DNA from: an uncultured Gammaproteobacteria bacterium
GTDB taxonomy: Bacteria > Patescibacteriota > Microgenomatia > UBA8517
Direction of reading: 5' to 3'
Length of the DNA: 64,000 nucleotides
NCBI GenBank assembly: GCA_965231135.1
Contig: OZ246419.1
Coordinates: 8,411-72,410, forward strand
Positions 37,665 to 48,696 of the stretch are shown in pieces. The position numbers and the translations under genes were made by a program. Positions within the stretch are counted from its first letter, which is position 1, and every line of letters starts with the position of its first letter. The notes beneath the pieces are model-generated. The model searched no databases. It had not been told where the DNA came from and was given only the letters and a program-made list of their open reading frames with translations.

Positions 37665-39992
37665 ATGGCGGAGAAAAAAACTTTCAAAGATAGTACAGAG
37701 AAAAAACAAACTCTTGAAAAATTAATTGAGAAACCAATTCAAGAAAAGAAAAAAAGATTTTTTAGAGATACACATTTTAGAAAAAAAATTATTTTTTTTA
37801 CAGTTGTTATTGCAGGACTGGTATATCTTTTTTCTGGAATTCCTTTACCAACAAGCCTTGGGCAAAAAGAACCAGTTTCTACACAAATTTTTGACCGCTC
37901 GGGTAAACTAATTTACGAAATATTTGCTGATAAAAAACGTGACCCAATAAAATTATCTGACCTCCCTCCCTATGTAGGGAATGCTACTGTTTCTATTGAA
38001 GATAAAGATTTTTATAAACACAGTGCTTTCTCGCCGACTGGAATAATTAGAGCTGCTTATAGCACTGTTTTTAAAGGAGACTTACAAGGCGGAAGTACTA
38101 TTGAACAACAATATGTTAAAAATGCATTTTTGACACAAGACCGCACTATAAAGCGAAAAATTCAGGAATTATTCCTTGCAATGATTATTGAATCTATTTA
38201 TACAAAACAACAAATTTTGGAAGCTTATTTAAATCAAGTGCCATACGGAGGAGATGCATACGGAATAGAAAGCGCATCGCAACAATATTTTAACAAAAGC
38301 GCTAAAGATTTAGATTTGGCACAGGCAGCACTTCTTGCAGGACTTACACAAGCGCCGACTTATTACTCCCCTTTTGGAGCGCATCCGGAACTTGCAAAAC
38401 AGCGACAAATTGAAGTACTTAAATCAATGGTAACTAATAAATATATTACCGAAGCACAAGCTGATGCAGCTGAAGCAGAACCTCTTATTTATGCAGAACC
38501 ATCGCAAATACAGGCGCCGCATTTTGCACTCTGGATAAAAGATCAACTGGTACAACAGTACGGCGAACAAATGGTAAACGAAGGAGGGTTAAGAGTTTAT
38601 ACAACGCTTGATTTAGATTTACAGAATTTTGCACAACAAACTGTAGCTACAGAAGTTGGAAAACTTGTTAATCAAAACGTAAAAAATGGAGCCGTAATAG
38701 TAACCCGCCCCGCTGACGGAGAAATACTTGCAATGGTCGGCAGCAAAGATTATTTTGATGCAAAAAATGACGGAAATGTAAATGTTATTTTTGCTGACCG
38801 ACAACCCGGGTCTTCAATAAAACCTTTTAATTACGCACTTGCAATTCGCGACCGCAAAATAACTCCTGCAACAATACTTGCTGACGTGCCAACTTGTTTT
38901 GATGTTGCGGGACAGCAACCTTATTGTCCAGTAAATTATGATGGGCAATTTCATGGAGGCGAAGCTGTGCGATTTGCACTGGGAAATTCGTTTAACATTC
39001 CTGCTGTTCGAGTTTTGGCACTCAATGGTCTTAATAATTTTATAAATTTTGCGACAAGCGTTGGAATTACAACTTTTACAGACCCTTCAAAATACGGTCT
39101 TTCTTTAACATTGGGAGGAGGAGAAGTTACACCTTATGATATGGCTGAAGCTTACGGAACTCTGGCAAACGGCGGAATAAAAGAACCGCTTGTGGCAATT
39201 ACAAAAATTACAGACTGGAAAGGAAATGTACTTGAAGATAATAAACTTGATGATTTGACTGGAAATAGAGTCGTTCCGCAAGATGTTTCATTTTTAATTT
39301 CACAAATACTACTTGATAATAATGCAAGAGCGCAGGAATTTGGAACTTCATCTTACTTGGTAGTTTCCGGGCACCCTGAAGTATCCGTAAAAACTGGAAC
39401 AACCAATGACAGACGAGATAATTGGACTGACGGATATACGGGGCAGATTGCCGCAGTTGTTTGGGTTGGTAACAATGACAATACACCAATGAACGGAAGC
39501 GTTTCGGGAATAACTGGAGCTTCCCCTATTTTTAATAAAGTAATTGCATATGCGCTAAACAAAAGCGAGAAAGGGTTTTATAATAAGTCCGATGACGGGC
39601 ATGCCTGGCCAACACAACCGTCTGATGTTAAGGGCATGACAATTTGCGCTGATACTGGACTTGCACCAACAAGCGGCGATCCAAATAATCCTGGGTGCCC
39701 AGCAAGATTTGATTATTTTATTGACGGAACACAACCACAAGCAATTCCTACAATGACACAAAATTTAACTGTTTATAAAGATACACATATGATTGCATCA
39801 AGCAGCGCAACTCCTGACCAAGTACAACAAGAGCAACATCCGATTGTTCAAGATCCACTCGGAACAATTCTTTGTCTTGATTGCCCGCTTCCAACTTATA
39901 ATGTGACTATAAATTATCCAATATTTGGAGTAAGCGATAATTCGAAATTTACACCAACACCTATTGCAACGCCAACTCCAAGCGGACAATAA
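37665..39992 (+). CDS. class A penicillin-binding protein (PBP1A-type transglycosylase/transpeptidase)
   Basis: GT51 motifs (EDKDFYKH, GGSTIEQQYVKN) and transpeptidase motifs SSIKP, SFN and KTGT are all present; the C-terminus has a Pro/Thr-rich tail. Confidence 0.9.
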   Translation: MAEKKTFKDSTEKKQTLEKLIEKPIQEKKKRFFRDTHFRKKIIFFTVVIAGLVYLFSGIPLPTSLGQKEPVSTQIFDRSGKLIYEIFADKKRDPIKLSDLPPYVGNATVSIEDKDFYKHSAFSPTGIIRAAYSTVFKGDLQGGSTIEQQYVKNAFLTQDRTIKRKIQELFLAMIIESIYTKQQILEAYLNQVPYGGDAYGIESASQQYFNKSAKDLDLAQAALLAGLTQAPTYYSPFGAHPELAKQRQIEVLKSMVTNKYITEAQADAAEAEPLIYAEPSQIQAPHFALWIKDQLVQQYGEQMVNEGGLRVYTTLDLDLQNFAQQTVATEVGKLVNQNVKNGAVIVTRPADGEILAMVGSKDYFDAKNDGNVNVIFADRQPGSSIKPFNYALAIRDRKITPATILADVPTCFDVAGQQPYCPVNYDGQFHGGEAVRFALGNSFNIPAVRVLALNGLNNFINFATSVGITTFTDPSKYGLSLTLGGGEVTPYDMAEAYGTLANGGIKEPLVAITKITDWKGNVLEDNKLDDLTGNRVVPQDVSFLISQILLDNNARAQEFGTSSYLVVSGHPEVSVKTGTTNDRRDNWTDGYTGQIAAVVWVGNNDNTPMNGSVSGITGASPIFNKVIAYALNKSEKGFYNKSDDGHAWPTQPSDVKGMTICADTGLAPTSGDPNNPGCPARFDYFIDGTQPQAIPTMTQNLTVYKDTHMIASSSATPDQVQQEQHPIVQDPLGTILCLDCPLPTYNVTINYPIFGVSDNSKFTPTPIATPTPSGQ

Positions 39993-40122
39993 ATATGAAA
40001 CTGCCAAAATATTTAACTACTGTTACCACTTTTTCTAAATTACTTGCTTTAATTTTATTTTTTACAATGCCTGTAATTGCATTTGAACTTGGGGGGTATT
40101 TTGAAATGATTCAATTAATGAA

Positions 40123-40656
40123 ATGAAGAATTATAGAAAATATAGAACCTTAAGATACATTGCACTTTCATTTTTTGTAATTATTCCTGTGATTGCATTT
40201 TTTTTGGGAATTAAATACCAGGAAAATTTACACAGTAATTTAGTGTTACAAAATAATTCTAATTCCCCGATATTTTATACAAATACAAATTGGGGTTTTA
40301 CATTAAAGTTTCCTTCAACCTGGAATGGATATTTAGTTGATGAAACTGATGATTTAAATAAATATAAAGATCCTGGTTTTGCAAGTACTGCACAAATTTG
40401 TTTTCATTTTAATAGACCAACTTATGCTTCAGCGTGTATTTTATCAATATCTATTTTTTCTACAAAACAATGGCAAGATTGGACTAATTCCCGTGGTGGA
40501 GGTAAAATTCTTGGTGTTAAAAATAATTATTATTTTATAAGCGACAACAATATAGATAATGTTAATTGCAATATACCTGTACCTTATGATGCCTTTCAAT
40601 GTCAAAGGGCTTTAGAAATTAAGGATATTAATTCTACTTTCAAATTTACTAATTAA
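40123..40656 (+). CDS. hypothetical secreted protein (N-terminal TM, Cys-containing)
   Basis: ORF immediately upstream of the second PBP gene. Confidence 0.4.
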   Translation: MKNYRKYRTLRYIALSFFVIIPVIAFFLGIKYQENLHSNLVLQNNSNSPIFYTNTNWGFTLKFPSTWNGYLVDETDDLNKYKDPGFASTAQICFHFNRPTYASACILSISIFSTKQWQDWTNSRGGGKILGVKNNYYFISDNNIDNVNCNIPVPYDAFQCQRALEIKDINSTFKFTN

Positions 40657-40726
40657 GAACTGATTACAGTTCTTGTCATTTCGAATATTCATTCGAACAG
40701 ATAAATGATACAATACGTTCCAACTA

Positions 40727-42889
40727 ATGCTTCGTAGATTTTTTAAGTCCTTATACTTTATTGTCCTATTTATTGGGAGTTTTTGTAGTTTTTTGATCGT
40801 AGAAGCTATTAGAATTATTAAAGAGCCAAGGGAACAAGTTATCTATCAATCTAAAGATTATAGGAAGAAAAGAAAGCCGAAAATTTTCCATATTAAAATC
40901 ACTTTCTACCGAAAAATTGGAATTACTACGCGGATAAAAATATTATTTGCATTTGTTATTTTTATTTTAATAATTGTTGCTGGTATATGGTATTTTGTTT
41001 TTCGCGGACTTCCATCACCCAATCAGCTTATTAATCGCAAAGTTGATGTTTCTACAAAAATATATGACCGCAATGGAATACTTCTTTATCAAATCTACAA
41101 AGACCAAAACAGGACTCCGGTTGCCCTTCCTCAAGTACCTGACATTACTCGCAAAGCAACACTTGCTGCTGAGGATTCAAATTTTTATAACGAATATGGA
41201 TTTTCCTGGAAAGGAATCATAAGATCCTTACTTGCTGATATTACAAATCAAGATTTAACAGAAGGAGGGAGCACGATTACACAACAACTTGTAAAAAACA
41301 CACTTCTCTCCCCTGAAAAAACCTGGAGCCGCAAAATTAAAGAATTAGTTTTATCAATTGAAGTTGAACGTGAATTTAGTAAAGATCAAATTCTCTCCAT
41401 GTATTTGAATGAAGTTTCATACGGCGGAAGCGCTTATGGAATTGAAGCTGCTTCCGAACAATATTTTGGAAAGGATGTATCGCAACTGACAACCGCAGAA
41501 TCGGCACTTCTTGCCGGACTTCCAAAATCACCAACCACATATTCCCCGTTTGGTGCAGATCCAGACCTTGCAATTAACAGACAACAGGAAGTGCTTGGAC
41601 TTATGAAACAAGATAAATTTATAACCGCTGACCAATACAACGAAGCAATTAACGAAAAACTTAATTTTGCAAATAACCAAACTAATATTAAAGCGCCACA
41701 TTTTGTAATGTATGTCAGGCAAAAATTAGTTGATGAATATGGAGAAGATGAAGTTGAACGCGGAGGACTAAACGTAATTACAACACTTGATTATAATATC
41801 CAGCAAATTGCACAAGATGCTGTTACATCACAAGTTGCAAACTTAAAAGGATTGCATGTTACAAACGGAGCCGCAATTGTACTTGATCCAAAATCAGGAG
41901 ATATACTTGCAATGGTCGGGTCGACTGATTATTTTAATGCAACTAATGATGGTGAGGTAAATGTTACAACTGCACTTCGGCCACCTGGGTCCTCAATAAA
42001 AATTGTTAATTATGCATATGCCTTGGGACATGGATATACGCCGCTATCTGTAATTGATGATTCACCTATTACTTTTAAATTTGCTGGATCACCTTCTTAT
42101 ACTCCTGTAAATTATGATGGAAAATTTGTCGGGCCGATAACTTTAAGGAATGCACTTGCACAATCGAGAAATATTCCGGCGGTAAAAGTTTTGGCGTCAT
42201 ACGGAGTGCAGAACATGATTAATTTAGGACAAGCAATGGGAATTACAACCTGGAATGAAAAGAATACTTATGGGCTTTCATTAACACTTGGAGGAGGAAG
42301 CACAAGACTTATTGATATGGCGCGAGTTTATGCAACGGTTGCAGATTCTGGAAATAGGCCTGCCATAAATTCACTTCTTAAAGTAACTGATTATAAAGGA
42401 AACAATTTGCCATTTGATTGCGATACGGGAAACTGCGAAAGCGAAAATGTAATTGATCCACGAGTTTCTTACCAGCTTATTAATATTTTGTCTGATAATA
42501 ATGCACGGGCTCCAGAATTTGGGGAACATTCATCTCTAGTTATTAATGGCCATCCGGAAGTTGCTGTAAAAACTGGAACAAGTAACGATTTAAGAGATAA
42601 TCTTACAATTGGATTTAATCAGAATTATTTAACAGCTGTATGGGTTGGCAACAATGATAATTCGCCAATGGCAAGAATTGCATCAGGAATTACTGGAGCT
42701 GCACCAATTTGGAATGAGATAGAAGGTAAATTAATTGGAAGCGATAAACCAATAAATTGGAATGTACCTGATGGACTAATAGCTGCACCTTGCAGCAAAA
42801 ATGATTTATTTTTAAACGGAACTGATGTTAATAAAATTTGTGCAGGGCTTAATAAAATTGCGACGCCAAGCGCTACGCTAAATAATTAA
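40727..42889 (+). CDS. class A penicillin-binding protein (second paralog)
   Basis: Has AEDSNFYNEYGF, GGSTITQQLVKN, SSIK and KTGT, plus a long N-terminal cytoplasmic/TM region. Confidence 0.9.
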   Translation: MLRRFFKSLYFIVLFIGSFCSFLIVEAIRIIKEPREQVIYQSKDYRKKRKPKIFHIKITFYRKIGITTRIKILFAFVIFILIIVAGIWYFVFRGLPSPNQLINRKVDVSTKIYDRNGILLYQIYKDQNRTPVALPQVPDITRKATLAAEDSNFYNEYGFSWKGIIRSLLADITNQDLTEGGSTITQQLVKNTLLSPEKTWSRKIKELVLSIEVEREFSKDQILSMYLNEVSYGGSAYGIEAASEQYFGKDVSQLTTAESALLAGLPKSPTTYSPFGADPDLAINRQQEVLGLMKQDKFITADQYNEAINEKLNFANNQTNIKAPHFVMYVRQKLVDEYGEDEVERGGLNVITTLDYNIQQIAQDAVTSQVANLKGLHVTNGAAIVLDPKSGDILAMVGSTDYFNATNDGEVNVTTALRPPGSSIKIVNYAYALGHGYTPLSVIDDSPITFKFAGSPSYTPVNYDGKFVGPITLRNALAQSRNIPAVKVLASYGVQNMINLGQAMGITTWNEKNTYGLSLTLGGGSTRLIDMARVYATVADSGNRPAINSLLKVTDYKGNNLPFDCDTGNCESENVIDPRVSYQLINILSDNNARAPEFGEHSSLVINGHPEVAVKTGTSNDLRDNLTIGFNQNYLTAVWVGNNDNSPMARIASGITGAAPIWNEIEGKLIGSDKPINWNVPDGLIAAPCSKNDLFLNGTDVNKICAGLNKIATPSATLNN

Positions 42890-43764
42890 ATTTGATTTAT
42901 TACAATCATCATGAAGACAAAAAGAATTGCGCTTCCTAAAAGCGGAGGCATTTGAATTCCTACAGCTGCAACTATAAAACTTAAAAGAATTGGCAATGTA
43001 CTTCCGTGCATATCAAGTTGTAATAATTTTTTGAATGTATATTCTTTTTTCATTAACTTTAAGATTAAATAAAAAATTGCAGTGAAAATTAAAAGATAAA
43101 TTAATTGCCCTGCAAGAGACAAACCTGCAGCAATAAATGGCCAAATTACAATTGATAAAATAATTAAAATTATTATTCCTGGCTCTATATATTTTAAATA
43201 TGGAGAGATTTGTGTGATTAATTTATTGTATTCTCCTTGATTGATTGTGGTATTTGTAGATTTATCTATTGGATAAGATTGAAAACCAGTACCTGTATTA
43301 TCAACTGTAACAATTGTATCTGCCGTTACTAAAACTGCTGTATTTTTATTTTTAATATCTGACGGACTGGCATTAGTATCTATTGTTAAAGAATGAGCAT
43401 AATTTTTTGCTAAGCCAAATTGATTTAAGGAATCAATATAAATTGGCTCCTTTTCGTTTGTGCTAACTTTTCCGTCTTTGATCGTTACGACTAACCCTGT
43501 TGGATATAGCGAATTTGCTTTTGATTCAAAAGTATTTATAAATCCTGGAACTTTTGGCAAAACAATTGCACCAAGAGAGCCTGCAAAAACAATACTGCCG
43601 ATTAATGAAACTAAATAAAAAAGAAAGAATAAGTATTTAACTGAAAAAGAAAATTTTGCTTTTTTAATTTCTTTATAATATTGAAACTTGGTTAAACTTT
43701 TTACTAATACGTCGAAGAAAAATTTTATCTTTTTTACTATCTTATTCATGCGTACTCCAATCAT
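42886..43764 (-). CDS. hypothetical polytopic membrane protein (DUF1189-like?)
   Basis: Has TM helices at both ends and an extracytoplasmic middle region. Confidence 0.4.
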   Translation of the reverse strand: MIGVRMNKIVKKIKFFFDVLVKSLTKFQYYKEIKKAKFSFSVKYLFFLFYLVSLIGSIVFAGSLGAIVLPKVPGFINTFESKANSLYPTGLVVTIKDGKVSTNEKEPIYIDSLNQFGLAKNYAHSLTIDTNASPSDIKNKNTAVLVTADTIVTVDNTGTGFQSYPIDKSTNTTINQGEYNKLITQISPYLKYIEPGIIILIILSIVIWPFIAAGLSLAGQLIYLLIFTAIFYLILKLMKKEYTFKKLLQLDMHGSTLPILLSFIVAAVGIQMPPLLGSAILFVFMMIVINQI

Positions 43765-44746
43765 ACACTATTTTTGATATTTTAGGAATTTCTACATCGG
43801 CCTGGTCTTCGTCAATATCTTTGGACATGATTACTAAAATATACGGCTTTGCGGCATAAACAATACCTGCATCATTTAATTCTCCATCGTCTGCTCCATA
43901 TTTATGAACTACTTTAATGTTTGATGGAACTCCAGCTGGAATTAAATTTTCAAAATCTGTATTTGTTAAAAAGGAGTAAAATTCATCTTTTGAAGAATTG
44001 GAAATTAAATTGGTGTTATTTAATTGATAAAAAAGCGAACCGATATCATAAGGAGTTGTTTCACTTTGACTAAAATCTGTATTATTCATATTTAGATTGG
44101 ATATTTCGTTTGTCTCTGCATCCTGGCCCAATACATTTTCCATAATTTGAAAACCTGTATTATCGGAATTTTTTCCCATTGCCTGGACAATATCTTTGTA
44201 GGTTACAACTGTCCCCGGAGCCATGCTTGCTAAAATACCTGCACCTCCCTCATCATCGGAATATTTTAAAGTATATGAAGTTTGTGGATCTATTTTGCCA
44301 TTATCAACTGCCTGATAGTAAGCGATCATCAAAGGAAGCTTGAAAAGAGAAGCGCCGTCGAACTCAATATTGTCATTTATTCCAAGGGAGTAACTGCCAT
44401 CGACTGACTTCAAATAAATTCCATAAGTCCCTGTTAAATTGGAAATTTCATTATTTAATGTGGTATTTAATTCATCTGTGTCAGGAGTTGCAAGAGGGAC
44501 AAAATTATTTATGATTGGAGCATTTATTTTGGCAGGAACGGCAGTGCGCGAACTTTTTGATTTAATAAAGAAAATGATTGATAAAACAGGGAGACCAATT
44601 AGAAAAATAAAAATAATTAGTCGTTCTATTCTTCCCCATGGTTTTGGAGGTTCTTCTTTTTTCTTTCTACGCCTAACTGGTTTTATTTCAGGAATTGGAT
44701 CTAATTCCTCATTTTCTTCTTTCTTTTTTCTGAAAGGTAAATTCAT
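43742..44746 (-). CDS. serine hydrolase, class A beta-lactamase-like/DD-peptidase
   Basis: N-terminal TM; SxxK appears as GASLFK, there is an SDN motif, and a KYG element stands in for KTG. Confidence 0.65.
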   Translation of the reverse strand: MNLPFRKKKEENEELDPIPEIKPVRRRKKKEEPPKPWGRIERLIIFIFLIGLPVLSIIFFIKSKSSRTAVPAKINAPIINNFVPLATPDTDELNTTLNNEISNLTGTYGIYLKSVDGSYSLGINDNIEFDGASLFKLPLMIAYYQAVDNGKIDPQTSYTLKYSDDEGGAGILASMAPGTVVTYKDIVQAMGKNSDNTGFQIMENVLGQDAETNEISNLNMNNTDFSQSETTPYDIGSLFYQLNNTNLISNSSKDEFYSFLTNTDFENLIPAGVPSNIKVVHKYGADDGELNDAGIVYAAKPYILVIMSKDIDEDQADVEIPKISKIVYDWSTHE

Positions 44747-44767
44747 AAGATTATTATACCTGAAGTA

Positions 44768-45721
44768 CTATTTTGCCAAGTTTTGCGGAACTTTACCTGA
44801 AGCAACATCAAGAATTGCATTAACTGCTAACTCTCCCATTTTGTTTCTGGCCTCATTTGTGGCGGATGCTATGTGTGGAGTTAATATTACATTTTCCATA
44901 CCCATTAATTCTGGATTAATTTCCGGCTCATTATCAAAAACATCAAGAGCAGCACCTTTTACTTTTCCACTTCTTAATGCCTGAACTAGAGCATGTTCGT
45001 CGACAATTGGACCGCGAGCGGTATTAACTAAAAATACTCCGTCTTTCATTTTTGAAAAAGCTAATTCATTTATTATGTGACGGGTTTCTTCGTTTAAAGG
45101 AACATGAAGACTTATAAAATCGCTTTTCATAAATAATTCGTCAAGACTTCCACACATAACACAAAATTCTTCGTTTTCATCTTTGTGGTGCTGACTATAA
45201 ATAACATTCATTCCAAAAGCATGGGCGCGAACTGCTGCCATTTTTCCAATACGGCCAAGTCCGATTACTCCCAAGGTTTTTCCCATTAAACTTTCGCCAA
45301 CAAAAAGATCAGGTTCCCAGCCATGATATGCGCCTTCGTGCACTGCGTGATCTGCTTCACTAACGCGGCGGGCAATATTTAAAATTAAGGCAATTGTATG
45401 CTCGGCAACCGCAACATTTACTTCATCGCAGGGAGTATTGGTTACGTAAATATTTTTTCTTTTAGCATCGTCTAAATTAATATTATCGAAACCGACTGCA
45501 TAATTACTGATTAATTTTAATTGTGGACCTGCTGCGTCCATTACTTCGGCGTCAATTTTGTCTGTTAATTGACTTAAAATAACATCAACCCCGCGAATTT
45601 TTTCAACTAATTCTTCGGCTGTTAATGGTCTGTCAAAATCAGAGACAACTACATCGTGATGTGCATCAATTAATTTTTGAATATGATTGCCGGGAATTTT
45701 TCTTGTGACTAAAATTTTCAT
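44768..45721 (-). CDS. D-isomer-specific 2-hydroxyacid dehydrogenase (GhrB/glycerate DH-like)
   Basis: NAD-binding motif GVIGLGRIGKMAAVRAHAFGM, a catalytic R/E/H triad region, and 317 aa. Confidence 0.85.
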   Translation of the reverse strand: MKILVTRKIPGNHIQKLIDAHHDVVVSDFDRPLTAEELVEKIRGVDVILSQLTDKIDAEVMDAAGPQLKLISNYAVGFDNINLDDAKRKNIYVTNTPCDEVNVAVAEHTIALILNIARRVSEADHAVHEGAYHGWEPDLFVGESLMGKTLGVIGLGRIGKMAAVRAHAFGMNVIYSQHHKDENEEFCVMCGSLDELFMKSDFISLHVPLNEETRHIINELAFSKMKDGVFLVNTARGPIVDEHALVQALRSGKVKGAALDVFDNEPEINPELMGMENVILTPHIASATNEARNKMGELAVNAILDVASGKVPQNLAK

Positions 45722-46713
45722 AATTCTTCTACTTTAATGTTACTACTTCTTACTTTTTCAAGCCAAGATGGAATTTCACTATCATGTAATAATCCTTTTT
45801 GAGAACCGATGAAACTTATCACAGAACTAGAATTACACATCCCCCAAACTAGGGCTTCTTCTAAAGATTTACCTTTAATTAGTGCCGATAAACAGCCACT
45901 TCCGAATGCATCTCCTGCACCAGTTCTTTCAATCACTGGAATATTAAGAGTTCCTAACTTCCAATATTTGCCATCGGCTTTTGCAAAACAGCCATTTCCG
46001 CCATCTGTGATAATTGGAATTTGGACTCCAAGATTTGATAAACCATCTAATAAACTTTTGTGATTATTTTCAGATTTTTCAATCCCTGTTAATTTTTCGG
46101 CTTCTTCTTTGTTTACAAATAAACATACGGTACGAGATAAAATGTTTTTTAAACTTTCTATTCCGGCTTTTAGTTGCCAGCTGCCTGGATTAAAACCTAA
46201 CTTTATGTTTGGATTTTGCGCTAAAAGCTCATAAACCGATTCATAAAATTCTGCAAAATTTTCCCCCATTGAAGTTAAATAGATCCACTGAGGAATGGGA
46301 ACATCTACCGGAAATTGATAGATTTTTGGAGAATGATATGTAAAAATAGTACGCTCGCCAAGATATCTTATTACAATTGATGAGTTTGAAGTTGTGTTTT
46401 CATCTTTTTTAATAAAACCTGTATAAACTCTTTCTTTTTCAAGTGTCTCATATATTTGATTACCTGAATTATCCTGACCAATTGTTAGAAGAATTGCAGT
46501 CTCGACACCTAAACGACTTGCACCAACTGCGTTATTGGCAGCATTGCCGCCGACTGAATAATCAAGAGATTTAACTGGAATTTTATCTCCATAAGTAAAA
46601 CTAATCAGACATTTTTTATTGTCAATTTCGCAAGTTGTATCAACTTCACTTGGTTCTATAAAAGTATCAAGCGAGGCATCACCAATACTAAGAAGAGTGA
46701 AATTATTTGCCAT
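45718..46713 (-). CDS. PfkB-family carbohydrate kinase
   Basis: GG motif near the N-terminus, the C-terminal DTTGAGDAF anion hole, and 331 aa. Confidence 0.8.
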   Translation of the reverse strand: MANNFTLLSIGDASLDTFIEPSEVDTTCEIDNKKCLISFTYGDKIPVKSLDYSVGGNAANNAVGASRLGVETAILLTIGQDNSGNQIYETLEKERVYTGFIKKDENTTSNSSIVIRYLGERTIFTYHSPKIYQFPVDVPIPQWIYLTSMGENFAEFYESVYELLAQNPNIKLGFNPGSWQLKAGIESLKNILSRTVCLFVNKEEAEKLTGIEKSENNHKSLLDGLSNLGVQIPIITDGGNGCFAKADGKYWKLGTLNIPVIERTGAGDAFGSGCLSALIKGKSLEEALVWGMCNSSSVISFIGSQKGLLHDSEIPSWLEKVRSSNIKVEEL

Positions 46714-47686
46714 TTCGAGCGTTAGAATTTACCTTAGCAACTTCTAAAAATTTATCTTGAGCATCTTTAACCATTGTAGGATTTCCTTTCCAAATTTCTA
46801 AAGCTGAATTTTGAAGAGCTCTTCCAAAAGAGAAAGATAATTCCCAAGGAACGTCATCTCTTTTATTCATTTCTCTTAAATTATTTGCAGCTTCTTCTTC
46901 AGACTGACCACCAGATAAAAAGACAATACCTGGAATTTCTTGAGGTACACAATCTTTAAGAACTTCAATGGTTTTTTGGGCAACAGTTTCTGAAGTTGCA
47001 GTGCCCGATCCACTTCCAGGAAGAACCATATTTGGCTTGAGGAGCATTGCTCTAAAATTTACATTTTTGTCTTTTAGTTTCATAAAAACAATTCGCAAAA
47101 CACTACGAGTCACTTCATAGCATTTATCAATAGTGTGACTTCCGTCCATTAAAACTTCTGGCTCAACTATTGGGACAAAACCTGAGCTTTGTGCGATGGA
47201 TGCATACTCAGCCAGACGATTGGCATTTTCTTCAACACATTGAATTGAAGGATTGACTTCGGAAATAGAAAAAGCTGCACGCCATTTGGTAAATTGTAGT
47301 TTTAATTCTTTGTAATCTACCAATCTTTCTTTTAGACCTGTTAAACCGTCTGTTAATTTATCTCCCGGATAGCCTGCCATGTCTTCCATACCCTGATCAA
47401 CTTTTATTCCTGGGATAATTCCTTTTTTAATTAAAACATCTGTAAAGTTTTCTCCGGTTGATGTTTTATCTCTTGAAGTTTCATCAAACATTATCACACC
47501 GCTTATAAAATTTTCAATGCCTTGAGTTGTAAAAAGCATTTCGCGATAAGCGCGCCTTGCTTCTTGGGTTGAGCTTATTCCGACTGCAGTAAATCTTTTT
47601 TCAATTGTCGGGAAAGATTCATCAGCTGCCAAAATACCTTTTCCTTTTGTGACCAAGGCTTTGGCTAAATTTTCTAATTCGTCCAT
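46703..47686 (-). CDS. fructose-bisphosphate aldolase, class I
   Basis: ILAADES, the Schiff-base Lys region and a C-terminal Tyr are visible; similar to DhnA/archaeal-bacterial class I FBA. Confidence 0.8.
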   Translation of the reverse strand: MDELENLAKALVTKGKGILAADESFPTIEKRFTAVGISSTQEARRAYREMLFTTQGIENFISGVIMFDETSRDKTSTGENFTDVLIKKGIIPGIKVDQGMEDMAGYPGDKLTDGLTGLKERLVDYKELKLQFTKWRAAFSISEVNPSIQCVEENANRLAEYASIAQSSGFVPIVEPEVLMDGSHTIDKCYEVTRSVLRIVFMKLKDKNVNFRAMLLKPNMVLPGSGSGTATSETVAQKTIEVLKDCVPQEIPGIVFLSGGQSEEEAANNLREMNKRDDVPWELSFSFGRALQNSALEIWKGNPTMVKDAQDKFLEVAKVNSNARNGK

Positions 47687-47703
47687 AAATTAACTATAAC
47701 ACG

Positions 47704-48696
47704 TCAGGAGTTTTTGCGCGCGATAACTTTTTTAACTTTTTCAATTATATTTTCTTTAGTTAAATTATATTTTTCTAATAATTCATCTGGACTTCCACTT
47801 TCTCCAAATTTGTCTTCAACTGCAACCATTTCAATTGGAGTTGGGAAATTTTTTGATAAACACTCAGCAACTGCAGAGCCGAGTCCTCCATTAATTTGAT
47901 GGTCCTCTACTGTAATAATTGCCCCACAAGTTTTGGCGGCTCTAATTATTGCTAATTCATCAAGAGGTTTTATCGTGTGACAATTTATAACTAAAACATC
48001 CATTCTATTTTGCAACCCTTTAGCGGCAAGTAAACTTTCATAAACTAATGGACCTGTTGCAATTATTGCAACTAATGGATTTTTGCTTTCCCAAAAAGTT
48101 TCAGCTTTACCAATATTAAATGGGGTTCTATCAGTTGTAAAAACAGGAGTACTGGCGCGAGTTAATCTAAGATAGCTTGGTTTATTATTTTTGGCAATTT
48201 CAAGCGTTGCTTTTTTGGCTTCTTCGGCGTCACAAGGAGAAATTACAATCATATTGGGAAGACTTCTCATTAAAGCAAAATCCTCAAGCATTTGGTGAGT
48301 TGCACCGTCTGGGCCAACAGTTAATCCTGTATGACTGCCGATAATTTTTACTGGAACATTGTTAATACAAATAGTGGTACGAATTTGTTCCCAGGTGCGA
48401 CCTGGAGAAAATACAGAATAACTTGCTGCAAAAGGAATTTTACCGTAATTTGCAAGACCTGATGAAACTGTTATCATTGCCTGTTCGGCAACACCGGTTT
48501 CAAAAAAACGTTGCGGGAATTTTTCTTTAAATAAATTTACATGAACGGACTCTTCAAGATCTGCAGATAAGGCAACAACATTTATATTTTTTTCTCCTGC
48601 AATTAATAATCCTTCGCCAAAACCAATACGAGTGGAAGCTTGTTCAATATTTTTTTTGAAAATATTTTCTGAAAGATTTTGTTTGGGATTAATCAT
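47704..48696 (-). CDS. transketolase, C-terminal subunit
   Basis: Pyrimidine-binding and C-terminal domains of a split transketolase. Confidence 0.9.
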   Translation of the reverse strand: MINPKQNLSENIFKKNIEQASTRIGFGEGLLIAGEKNINVVALSADLEESVHVNLFKEKFPQRFFETGVAEQAMITVSSGLANYGKIPFAASYSVFSPGRTWEQIRTTICINNVPVKIIGSHTGLTVGPDGATHQMLEDFALMRSLPNMIVISPCDAEEAKKATLEIAKNNKPSYLRLTRASTPVFTTDRTPFNIGKAETFWESKNPLVAIIATGPLVYESLLAAKGLQNRMDVLVINCHTIKPLDELAIIRAAKTCGAIITVEDHQINGGLGSAVAECLSKNFPTPIEMVAVEDKFGESGSPDELLEKYNLTKENIIEKVKKVIARKNS

